A program made the translations under genes and the position numbers. From an uncultured archaeon (GTDB taxonomy: Archaea > Iainarchaeota > Iainarchaeia > Iainarchaeales > JAAZKV01), in assembly GCA_964550725.1 (NCBI GenBank), contig CAZKAC010000033.1, positions 1 to 44,635 of the forward strand: 44,635 nt of DNA, in the 5' to 3' direction. Of this stretch, positions 35,342-43,067 are shown piece by piece; the first letter of the stretch is position 1; every line of letters starts with the position of its first letter. The notes beneath the pieces were generated by a model, which saw only the letters and a program-made list of their open reading frames with translations, was not told where the DNA came from and searched no databases.

Positions 35342-35601
35342 CTTGAACTAGAATAAACAGCTATTGCGAGCGGAGCTTCATATGAACTAACTCCAATATC
35401 AACAATATAACTTCGTTTTCCTTTAATTGGGATTGGATTAAAATTGTGGATAAACTTTTTTCCATAATTTAAATAGTCCGAATATTTTTGACCCTCTGGA
35501 TTGAATTTTATTGCACTTAAAAACATTTTTGTTCTATTTCTTCTTTTTTTTCTTTCTCTAATTCCTGAAAAAAAACCAGAAAGTTTCATATTCAGTTTCA
35601 T
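35194..35601 (-). CDS. Chimeric ORF: a ~87-aa N-terminal domain paralogous to the 34454..35119 product, fused in frame to a copy of the last 48 aa (TM segments) of CDP-archaeol synthase
   Basis: The N-part aligns at roughly 50% identity with the neighbour. The C-part FVVGGFLLSMLIRFPELEVVLIVLIVTVFAHMATNFAAYKMKLKKVPW differs at 2 of 48 residues from the CarS C-terminus. It could be a functional fusion or a rearrangement relic. Confidence 0.5.
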   Translation of the reverse strand: MKLNMKLSGFFSGIRERKKRRNRTKMFLSAIKFNPEGQKYSDYLNYGKKFIHNFNPIPIKGKRSYIVDIGVSSYEAPLAIAVYSSSRFVVGGFLLSMLIRFPELEVVLIVLIVTVFAHMATNFAAYKMKLKKVPW

Positions 35602-35642
35602 AAATAAATCATAGACTAATTGTTATTAAATAATAAAGCACA

Positions 35643-36227
35643 TCACAAAAGTTCAGAAAAATCATCTATATTTGTAAATCTTTTGGTACCATAATACCAA
35701 ATTAACAAAATTAATCCACTCATTATATACCATGTAAATATGTGAATGAGTTCTGCATCAAAACCAGCTTTAGCACTTAACAAAACAAGCATTAATCTTG
35801 GGATGTTAAAAAATAACAAAATAATTGTTCCTACCAAAAGCAATACTATTTTTTTCTTAATTTCTGGTTTTTTTAGAGAAAAAATTACTGATGCGAGGAT
35901 GCTAGCACTAACTAAACCTGTGCAGGAGTTAGTTACAATAAATTTATTCCCATTCAAAAAAATAACATTATCCAAAACGAATAACCCTGGTCCGACAAGA
36001 AGGTTGGTAGATGTAGTAGCTGAAATATATGCAAGCCATGAATTAAGCATTGTAAGGTCTAATAAGTTGATGATTGTTGATAGAATAGTAAAAATAACGA
36101 AGAATTTTAATAAAAAAAGCCCTATTTTAATATTATTTTTATTGTTTTCAAATGGTTTAGGATTGTTTGTTTTTTTCTTATTTTTTTTTGAACTTGAGTT
36201 TATTGTTTTTTTTGCTTTTTTAACCAT
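35643..36227 (-). CDS. Exosortase/archaeosortase-family integral membrane protein (short form)
   Basis: Lys-rich N-terminus, then about 5 TM helices. It carries the family's candidate Cys-Arg-His triad in order and spacing: IVTNSCTGLVSASIL, FFNIPRLMLVLL, AELIHIFTWYIMSG. The ATG directly abuts the carS stop (TAAATG). Confidence 0.6.
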   Translation of the reverse strand: MVKKAKKTINSSSKKNKKKTNNPKPFENNKNNIKIGLFLLKFFVIFTILSTIINLLDLTMLNSWLAYISATTSTNLLVGPGLFVLDNVIFLNGNKFIVTNSCTGLVSASILASVIFSLKKPEIKKKIVLLLVGTIILLFFNIPRLMLVLLSAKAGFDAELIHIFTWYIMSGLILLIWYYGTKRFTNIDDFSELL

Positions 36228-36375
36228 TTACCATGGCACCTTTTTTAATTTCATTTTGTATGCTGCAAAATTGGTCGCCATGTGTGCAAACACCGTCACG
36301 ATTAAAATAATTACAACTACCTCTAATTCCGGAAAACGAATCAACATACTTAATAAAAATCCCCCCACTACAAAA
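36228..36375 (-). repeat. Copy A of the ~148-bp segmental duplication (authentic 3' end of carS)
   Basis: See copy B (35194..35341). Confidence 0.9.
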
Positions 36376-36746
36376 TCTAATTGGTCGGCAAGTAACCACA
36401 ATTCTCCACTCTCAAAACCAAGTCTTCGTTTAAAAAAACTTTCAACCAAATCCCCAAACAACGCACCAATCGAAAGTAAAACAATTAACTCAAAATAATT
36501 TGGAATTAATTTAAAAATTCCTGGAAAAATTGTTGCAAAAAAACTTCCCGCAATCAACCCCCCCAATACTCCGCTAAAAAAACCAACCCATGTTTTACCT
36601 TTTCCAAATATTCTTTGTTGTCCGATTTTTTTTCCAAAATCTATTGGAAATTTTCCATGAAAAATAATAGGTGTTGCGTTAGCAAAATACATAGGGATAG
36701 CGTAAAAAACTACAATCAATATTGTTTCTAAACCCAAATCAATCAT
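36228..36746 (-). CDS. carS: CDP-archaeol synthase (CDP-2,3-bis-O-geranylgeranyl-sn-glycerol synthase, DUF46 family)
   Basis: Motifs YFANATP, GKGKTWVGF, GDLVESFFKRRLG and ADQLDFVVGG match the CarS family. The ATG at 36746 is preceded by GTGAT (agtgattaatATG). The track start 36755 is that GTG. Confidence 0.85.
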   Translation of the reverse strand: MIDLGLETILIVVFYAIPMYFANATPIIFHGKFPIDFGKKIGQQRIFGKGKTWVGFFSGVLGGLIAGSFFATIFPGIFKLIPNYFELIVLLSIGALFGDLVESFFKRRLGFESGELWLLADQLDFVVGGFLLSMLIRFPELEVVVIILIVTVFAHMATNFAAYKMKLKKVPW

Positions 36747-36757
36747 ATTAATCACTA

Positions 36758-37456
36758 TTACAAAAATAATAATCCCATTATAAGCGCAAATAATGCTCCT
36801 GATAAACTCCCTAATAGATTTACTTGTGTGTTATTTAATAGCTTTTGCCTCTCAAAAATTGCTCCAAAAATAGAGTCAACTGTTGTTCCCACCAGTCCAG
36901 AACAAATTATGACAACCGAAAGTAAAGGATTTAGATAAATTGAAAAATAAATTAAGCCAATTATTGTTCCACCAAATAATGCAGCTAATTCGCCAAGTAA
37001 TGTTACTCCTCCATCTACTCCTCTTTTACATTTTTTAAGAGTAGTTATCAATATCGGGTCTGATTTTGAATAAAACCCAATTTCTGATGACAATGTATCT
37101 GCCAGGGCTGCTGAAATGGCTCCAAAAAAACCAAGTTCAAATAGTAAAGCTTTTTCGGGAAATATCGGAATAAGAAAGAGCATTAGTAATGCGGGGGAAG
37201 AGTTTCCAATTACATTTTTTATTCCTCTGCGTTCATGTTTTTTTACTGGAAAATTACTGGCAATTTGTCCAACAACAAAAAATGCTACAAATGCAAACAA
37301 ATTCAAAACAGGGTTTGGCCCCCAAGTTATTGATGCAATTCCAACAGCATCAGCAATTAAGATTCCTTCTAAGTCAAGTAACTTTTTTTTGTACGAATAG
37401 ATTGAAAATATTCCTAAGAAAAGGAAAACTATTGCTAATTCAATTTCAGATATCAT
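36758..37456 (-). CDS. DUF92 / TMEM19 / VTE6-like integral membrane protein (putative isoprenoid-phosphate kinase family)
   Basis: Polytopic membrane protein with NVIGNS, AISAALADTLSSEIG and KRGVDGGVTLLGELAALFGG. These match my recollection of DUF92 (A.ADT.ASE.G ... G..GGVS..G). The start abuts the S3Ae stop and the stop lies 2 nt from the carS track start. Confidence 0.6.
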   Translation of the reverse strand: MISEIELAIVFLFLGIFSIYSYKKKLLDLEGILIADAVGIASITWGPNPVLNLFAFVAFFVVGQIASNFPVKKHERRGIKNVIGNSSPALLMLFLIPIFPEKALLFELGFFGAISAALADTLSSEIGFYSKSDPILITTLKKCKRGVDGGVTLLGELAALFGGTIIGLIYFSIYLNPLLSVVIICSGLVGTTVDSIFGAIFERQKLLNNTQVNLLGSLSGALFALIMGLLFL

Positions 37457-38050
37457 TTACTTAGCCTCTATGAATTTTGCTTTTGCAGGAAGCACTTTCT
37501 TCATAAGGCATATTTTTTTAGAATTCTTAAATATATCGTTTGTAATGTTTCCAAATAATAATTCTTTTGCAACATCTTCAAAATCTTTTCCTCTTAAATC
37601 TTTCAAAGCATCAATCATTATTTTTCTAACTCCTGTTTTTTGTTTAGCTGTAGCTTTATTAGAAGTTATTGCTACAAGAGTTATTCGAGCATCACCCTTT
37701 TGAATAGGAACTTTTTCAACAACCGAAATTTTACTAGCTCGTCTTCTAATCATTCTACCTAAACTACCTCTATTCATTTCAAATTTAATAAGCATAGTAT
37801 TAGCATTTTGTCCCTGAACATCATTTACTTTAAAAGTTACTTTAGTATCTCTTTTTGCTCTTTGACCAGTTAATACATCAAGAGTTACACCCATAACTCT
37901 ACCAGAAATATGATGATTTTTTTCACCAGGTATTTCTCCAAGAGCTTTTTTATTAAAAGTCTTAGATGCATTAATAGTAAACCATTTCTTTTTTTTCCAC
38001 TTATCAACAGTCTTTCTTGATCCCGAACTTTTTCCTTTAACATCAGCCAT
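37457..38050 (-). CDS. rps3ae: 30S ribosomal protein S3Ae (eS1)
   Basis: KKKKWFTINASKTFNKKALGE near the N-terminus and length about 197 aa, typical of eS1. The ATG at 38050 is preceded by GTGATTTTT. Confidence 0.88.
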   Translation of the reverse strand: MADVKGKSSGSRKTVDKWKKKKWFTINASKTFNKKALGEIPGEKNHHISGRVMGVTLDVLTGQRAKRDTKVTFKVNDVQGQNANTMLIKFEMNRGSLGRMIRRRASKISVVEKVPIQKGDARITLVAITSNKATAKQKTGVRKIMIDALKDLRGKDFEDVAKELLFGNITNDIFKNSKKICLMKKVLPAKAKFIEAK

Positions 38051-38152
38051 AAAAATCACTTTAACAAATTATTAATTTTCTCCAAAACATTATTACTATT
38101 ACCTTCAAATAAAATATTTTTCCCATTCAAAATTTTTGCCTTAATCTCCATT

Positions 38153-38578
38153 TTATTTCACCAATAATGCTGCTTGTTCTGGACTATAACGCCAATCACT
38201 TGGAAGTCTTCCCTTTTTAGAATAATATTTTCCAAGTCTTCTTATTTTTGAAACAGTAAGTTGATACCCTCTTTTTGCAGAATAATCTTTCTTATTAATA
38301 GTCATGTGATTTTGCAAAGTAACACTTTTTCTAATTAAATTAAGCATATCTTCAGGAATGTCCCCCAACAAGTTATTTTCTTCTAAAACTTTTTGAATAC
38401 TCTTTCCAGTAAATTCATTAAAATCTCTTACCCCATGTTCATCTCTTAAAATTATTCCAATTTGGCTTGGACCATGTCCTGCGTTTGCAAGAGAAACCAC
38501 TTCAGCTTCAGCCGATTTAACATCAAACCCAATAACAGGTTTTGTCTTAATTGTTTCCTTAACCAAATTACTCACCAT
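38153..38578 (-). CDS. rps15: 30S ribosomal protein S15 (uS15 / S13e type)
   Basis: GPSQIGIILRDEHGV, IPEDMLNLIRKSV, SKIRRLGKYYSKKGRLPSDWRYSPEQAALLV. The N-terminal basic ARMH..KRGKSGS segment usual in archaeal S15 is not present. Confidence 0.85.
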   Translation of the reverse strand: MVSNLVKETIKTKPVIGFDVKSAEAEVVSLANAGHGPSQIGIILRDEHGVRDFNEFTGKSIQKVLEENNLLGDIPEDMLNLIRKSVTLQNHMTINKKDYSAKRGYQLTVSKIRRLGKYYSKKGRLPSDWRYSPEQAALLVK

Positions 38579-38818
38579 TCAATTACAATTGATATCTAAC
38601 CTTTCCCCCCAATTATGGCGAAGAAAAGAATACTAAAATTCTAAATTAATTTGTTGAAAAGAAGGTTTATAAAGCTAATTAAAACATTTTTTCAAGCAAT
38701 AAACCCATATTATAAAAAAAAGTAATTTAAAAAATTGTATATCTAAAAAAAAACTATTTTTATACACAAAATTATTTTCTGAACATACTCTTATAATTCA
38801 TTCAAATTTAAATATAAT

Positions 38819-40393
38819 ATGGTTCTTACAATAAAAAATCTTTCAATTACACTTGGGACTAAGGAAATATTTGTTAATGAAAATATTGGAATTGCTGCAG
38901 GAAGCAAAGTTGGATTAATTGGTAGAAATGGAGTTGGAAAAACAACTTTATTGAAAGCGATTTTAAAACAAATACCATATAATGGAACAATTGATTTCCA
39001 TGGAAAAGCTGCTTATTTTTCACAACACATTGGATTAGATAAAACAAAAACTGTGCGTGAAACGATTAATGAAAGTACACAAATACACCACCAAAATGAT
39101 TTCGAAAAAGAAATTATTAAAATAGAAAAACTCCTCGCCAACCCCGAAACTTATAACAATAATGACTATGCAACAAAATTATCAGAAAAATATGTTGAGT
39201 TACAATCAAAAATAAATCAACAAAACATAACCCATTCAACAAGTAAAATCAAATCAATTTTACAACTACTTGAGGTTAAAGAATCTTGGTTAGATCAAAA
39301 AGTAGAAACTTTATCAACAGGCCAAAGAGCAATTATCGCATTAGCTCAAATCTTATCTTCACACGCAGAACTTTTATTATTAGATGAACCAACAAACCAC
39401 CTTGATTTTAAAAGACTAAATATTTTAGAAAAATTTTTACAAGACTTTAAAGGCACAGTAATTATGGTTACTCATGATAGATATTTTTTAGACCAAACTT
39501 GTAACACAATAATAAAAATAGAAAACGGGAAATGGATTAAATACAATAGTAATTATTCAGGATATCTAAAAACACGCGAAATGGAATTTGAAGCACAAAA
39601 AAAAGCATACTTAGTTGAACAAAAATATATTGCAGATGAAAAAGATAAAATTTCTAGAATTGGAACAAGTCCTCAAAAAGTAAAACAAGCAAAATATAGA
39701 ATAAAACATTTAGCAAAAAGAGATCAAATTCAAAAACCTGATTTAGATAAATCTAAATTTACAACAGTAATAGAATCTACTCCAATACGCGCAACAAGAG
39801 TACTAGAATTAATTAATTTAAATGTTGGTTATGTTAAACCATTAATAGAAAATATTAATTTAGAAATAGGCGCTGGTGAAAGATATGTCATAATTGGAGA
39901 AAATGGAATTGGAAAAAGTACCTTATTCAAAACTATTGAAGGAAGATTGCCTGCCCTTTCTGGAAAAGTTATTTTAAATCAAGAAACAAAACTTGGATAT
40001 GTAGATCAAGAATTACAAGACTTAACAAATCACGCAACACTATATGATGAAATATATGCTATGACAAAAGATGTTTATAAAACTCGACAAAACTTATCTT
40101 TAGGTGGTTTTGTTGAAGAAGAAGATGTATATAAACCAATAAAATTACTTTCATTAGGAGAAAAATCAAGACTTAATCTAATAAAAGTTTTATTAAAAAA
40201 ACCAAACTTATTATTATTAGATGAACCAACAAACCATCTTGATATAGATGCTAGAGAAATAATAGAAACTGCTTTTATGAATTATGAAGGAGCTATATTG
40301 GCTGTTTCACACGACAGATATTTCATAAATAAAATTGCTCAAAGAATAATAAAAATTGAAGATAAAAAAATAAAAGAAATGAAAAAAAAATAA
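38819..40393 (+). CDS. ABC-F-type soluble twin-ABC ATPase (no transmembrane domain)
   Basis: Two ABC cassettes. The first has GRNGVGKTT / LSTGQRA / LLLDEPTNHLD; the second has GENGIGKST / LSLGEKSRL / LLLDEPTNHLD. A helical insert (arm) sits in cassette 1. A ~70-aa basic inter-domain linker (YLKTREMEFEAQKKAYLVEQKYI...KVKQAKYRIKHLAKR) resembles the ABCF PtIM. There is no N-terminal FeS domain, so this is not ABCE1. Confidence 0.8.
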   Translation: MVLTIKNLSITLGTKEIFVNENIGIAAGSKVGLIGRNGVGKTTLLKAILKQIPYNGTIDFHGKAAYFSQHIGLDKTKTVRETINESTQIHHQNDFEKEIIKIEKLLANPETYNNNDYATKLSEKYVELQSKINQQNITHSTSKIKSILQLLEVKESWLDQKVETLSTGQRAIIALAQILSSHAELLLLDEPTNHLDFKRLNILEKFLQDFKGTVIMVTHDRYFLDQTCNTIIKIENGKWIKYNSNYSGYLKTREMEFEAQKKAYLVEQKYIADEKDKISRIGTSPQKVKQAKYRIKHLAKRDQIQKPDLDKSKFTTVIESTPIRATRVLELINLNVGYVKPLIENINLEIGAGERYVIIGENGIGKSTLFKTIEGRLPALSGKVILNQETKLGYVDQELQDLTNHATLYDEIYAMTKDVYKTRQNLSLGGFVEEEDVYKPIKLLSLGEKSRLNLIKVLLKKPNLLLLDEPTNHLDIDAREIIETAFMNYEGAILAVSHDRYFINKIAQRIIKIEDKKIKEMKKK

Positions 40394-40512
40394 ATAATTT
40401 TAAACCAATCTATAATCATTTTAGTAGCAAATTAAATGTTTTGAATGAATTATTTTTAAATATTTAAAAAAAAACATAATAAAATTAATTTTACTAAAAT
40501 ATCCCCCAAGCA

Positions 40513-41124
40513 TTAATGATAACGTGCTCGTTTTTCAATTGCCTGCATTTTTTCAATTATTTCTTTATCTGGAGAATAACCTTGCATTACAAATTTCCAA
40601 CCATTCTTTAATGAGGAGTGGGTTGCGTTAAAAGTTTTTTTAAAAACTATTAAGTCTGTTGCTTTATCTTCCGTTTTTTTTGAAAAATAACCCAAACCAA
40701 AATCCACAAAAACAAGTTTATCTTTTATTTTTCCAAAACTTTTACTACATTTAGAATATATTATGTTCGAAGTTGTTAAGTCTCCATGAATTATTCCAAG
40801 AGAATGGATTTTTTTTATTTCTTCACCTGCTTTTTTAGCAAGTAAAGGTTTTTTCTCAATTATTTCTTTTAGTTTTTTTCCTTCAATAAATTCCATTATT
40901 ATTTCTGATTTTTTCTCATCCACAAAATATATTGACGGAACATTAATAATTGTTTGAACAGTTTGAATAAGTTTTGCCTCACTTCGCGTGCGTTTTTTTC
41001 GTATTTGTAAATCTAATTTAAAATCCCTATAATTTTTAGGAACCCTTTTTTTTAAAAGAGCTTTTTTTCCTTCAAACTCAGTTTGGAATAATTCTGCTTC
41101 AGCACCTTTTTTATGAAATTTCAT
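40513..41124 (-). CDS. bud32: Bud32/PRPK-type atypical protein kinase (KEOPS subunit)
   Basis: KGAEAELFQ, KKRVPKNYR, RSEAKLI, HGDLTTSNII and FVDFGLG. The ATG at 41124 gives a 203-aa protein. The track start 41199 adds a hydrophobic extension not typical of Bud32. Confidence 0.88.
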   Translation of the reverse strand: MKFHKKGAEAELFQTEFEGKKALLKKRVPKNYRDFKLDLQIRKKRTRSEAKLIQTVQTIINVPSIYFVDEKKSEIIMEFIEGKKLKEIIEKKPLLAKKAGEEIKKIHSLGIIHGDLTTSNIIYSKCSKSFGKIKDKLVFVDFGLGYFSKKTEDKATDLIVFKKTFNATHSSLKNGWKFVMQGYSPDKEIIEKMQAIEKRARYH

Positions 41125-41185
41125 AATAAGTATTATAACCAATAGTTTAATTAAACATCTTAGTTTATCAAAAAAAAAACTTAGT

Positions 41186-41692
41186 CTAACAAACTTCATT
41201 TATAGAAATTTTTATTTGTTCAGCATTTTGTTTAAATTCTTTTATTGACTCTAACTGGTTTTCTCTCAAATATTTTCTTGAATCCTCACTTAGAGAAGAA
41301 ATTATTTGTTCTGCTTCACTCGCATTTTTTATTACTAAATTTGAATAAGCTATAGAATTTTTTACTCTTATATTATTACAATTTATATTATAAAAATCAA
41401 AACTATTTGATTCTGTCAATGCTAAAACCAAATAATAAAATACTTTTGTCGTAGCAATTTCTGCATCAATTATTTGAACAGTTTCTCCAAACATAATTTT
41501 CCCCCTAAATTCTGAAAGTTCATTTAAATAAGAATTTAAACTTTGTTGATTAGCTAAAAAACCATTTTCCACCCCATAATTTAACTGAATTGCTTTAAAT
41601 TCTTCTAAATCTTTAGAATTATTTAAACTAGGAATAGCCACACACCCAAAAAACAAACTTAAACAAATTAACAAAATAATAATATTTTTCAT
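41186..41692 (-). CDS. Putative secreted lipoprotein of unknown function
   Basis: Signal peptide with a lipobox-like end, MKNIIILLICLSLFFGC. The remainder is predicted helical. No family recognised. Confidence 0.55.
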   Translation of the reverse strand: MKNIIILLICLSLFFGCVAIPSLNNSKDLEEFKAIQLNYGVENGFLANQQSLNSYLNELSEFRGKIMFGETVQIIDAEIATTKVFYYLVLALTESNSFDFYNINCNNIRVKNSIAYSNLVIKNASEAEQIISSLSEDSRKYLRENQLESIKEFKQNAEQIKISINEVC

Positions 41693-41725
41693 AACAATAA
41701 TATGAATTAATTACTATTAAACCTT

Positions 41726-41760
41726 TTGTTATAACAAGGCTTTGTTTATTAACTTAGGCT
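41726..41760 (+). repeat. Left terminal inverted repeat (overlaps the transposase stop codon)
   Basis: See the mobile element entry. The transposase TAA is at 41754-41756, inside the repeat. Confidence 0.7.
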
Positions 41761-42935
41761 TTTAATACAATTTTTTGGGTTTCATAGGCTTTTGTATATA
41801 AAGCCTGTTCTAAATTTAATTCATAATAAGCAGAAATTAAACAACATAAATTATGACAAATTATTTTGCATAGAATTTCGTTTACATTGGCAGTATAATT
41901 TTTTGTCATTAGGTTTGAACCGAACTTTCGCTTAATCATTGAGAATGTTGTTTCTACGTTTGAACGCTTATGGTATCGTTCAAAGTATTCTTGTGGATGT
42001 TCTTTGAAGTAAAGCCACATTTTTCGCCACACTAAACCATTATTTCCACCAGTTACATTTGATTTGAACGGAATATATGGTATTGCACCAAGTTTAACAG
42101 TTTCTTCTAAATTTTGCCTTGACAAATAAGCCATATCAGCACTAACTTCTTTCCTCTTAAAATTAATAGCCGTCTTTTGAATTAAAGGCAAATAATTAAC
42201 TGTATCAGAACTTCCAACACCTTGTTGGTCTGTTATCAATACACTTGTTACAATGTTTGTTTTTGTTCCAACTGTTAAGTGGCATTTTCTGTAAATCTTT
42301 TTTTCTTTTTCTTCATTCCACTTGTAATCAAACCAACGACCAAAAACACTTGTAGAAAAACCAGAAGCATCAACACTAAACTGTTCTTCAACTTCTCTTA
42401 ATGGCAAGCCACTGGTTTCAACAATCTTTTTCAAAATATCAGTTAAACGAGAATCATTAAAATATTTCATCAATGTTGTGAAACAAGGAATTGTTTCAAT
42501 ACAATTCAACTCTTTTAAAAGTTTTAAATCTGAGATTGTTCTTCTTGAAGAATTTTTAATATAATTCTTCATAACCATACAATAAAGCACATCACGAATA
42601 TTTGCTGTTGGTCTTCCAGTTCTTTGTAAAGGCTCAAACTCAAAGATCTCCAAAACATTATTTAATAATTGTAAAAACAATTGTTTCTCATTTAATTGTG
42701 CTAAATTATAAGCTGACCAATCTATTACTGGTAAAGGTTGTTCTTGATAAACAAACTTTGACGGTTCGTAAGTGTCGGCTATGTGTTGTTTTTTTGATAA
42801 AAATTTGTAGTTGCAATTTTTACAAGCGTATTGTTGTCGCCAAAGAGTTTTTTTTGTGTTAAACACTTTGCCTCTTTTAACTATTTTTTCTGAACCGCAA
42901 CGGAAACACTTAAACTCTTTTTCCACATTAACCAC
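41754..42935 (-). CDS. DDE transposase of the IS4/IS5 superfamily with an N-terminal zinc ribbon
   Basis: N-terminal CFRCGS...CKNCNYKF. Candidate DDE residues are in VDASGFST, VSADMAYLS and SNVETTF. There is an exact Y-x2-R-x3-E-x6-K signature (YHKRSNVETTFSMIK). The apparent start is GTG at 42935. Confidence 0.8.
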   Translation of the reverse strand: MVNVEKEFKCFRCGSEKIVKRGKVFNTKKTLWRQQYACKNCNYKFLSKKQHIADTYEPSKFVYQEQPLPVIDWSAYNLAQLNEKQLFLQLLNNVLEIFEFEPLQRTGRPTANIRDVLYCMVMKNYIKNSSRRTISDLKLLKELNCIETIPCFTTLMKYFNDSRLTDILKKIVETSGLPLREVEEQFSVDASGFSTSVFGRWFDYKWNEEKEKKIYRKCHLTVGTKTNIVTSVLITDQQGVGSSDTVNYLPLIQKTAINFKRKEVSADMAYLSRQNLEETVKLGAIPYIPFKSNVTGGNNGLVWRKMWLYFKEHPQEYFERYHKRSNVETTFSMIKRKFGSNLMTKNYTANVNEILCKIICHNLCCLISAYYELNLEQALYTKAYETQKIVLKA

Positions 42936-43037
42936 TTATAACTATTCGTACGATATATTATAATTTAGTGTCATTCTCTTTATAAAGCTTCACTTTATTC
43001 GTACGCTTTTCACTTAACTATAAATATAAGTTCGTAC
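42931..43037 (+). promoter_or_regulatory. Three direct copies of a CACTT-(n)-ATTCGTAC motif in the divergent transposase / abrB-like intergenic region; candidate operator sites
   Basis: TTCGTACG occurs at 42945-42952 (within the perfect 8-nt palindrome TCGTACGA) and at 42998-43005. TTCGTAC occurs at 43031-43037. Each is preceded by CACTT (42933, 42991, 43011). Confidence 0.45.
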
Positions 43038-43067
43038 TATAAAATAACTAATAAAGGAGTTAATCGT

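Noticed and set aside
35746-36498. 250-aa plus-strand ORF spanning the archaeosortase and carS loci
   Set aside because: It lies entirely antisense to two genes with recognisable family motifs. The translation is low-complexity (Lys/Asn/Phe/Ile-rich), as expected for the mirror frame of membrane-protein genes in A/T-rich DNA.
41125-41199. Hydrophobic N-terminal extension of Bud32 overlapping the upstream lipoprotein gene
   Set aside because: Bud32 homologues start close to the KGAEA motif. The ATG at 41124 gives a normal-length protein and removes the 14-nt overlap with the 41186..41692 gene.
42936-42944. TTATAACTA next to the transposase start as the right inverted repeat of a minimal 1.2-kb IS
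   Set aside because: It is only an 8/9 match to the terminal 9-mer, with no similarity further inward. Words like TTATAAC are expected by chance every few kb in this composition. It is kept as an alternative in the mobile-element finding, not called as a feature.
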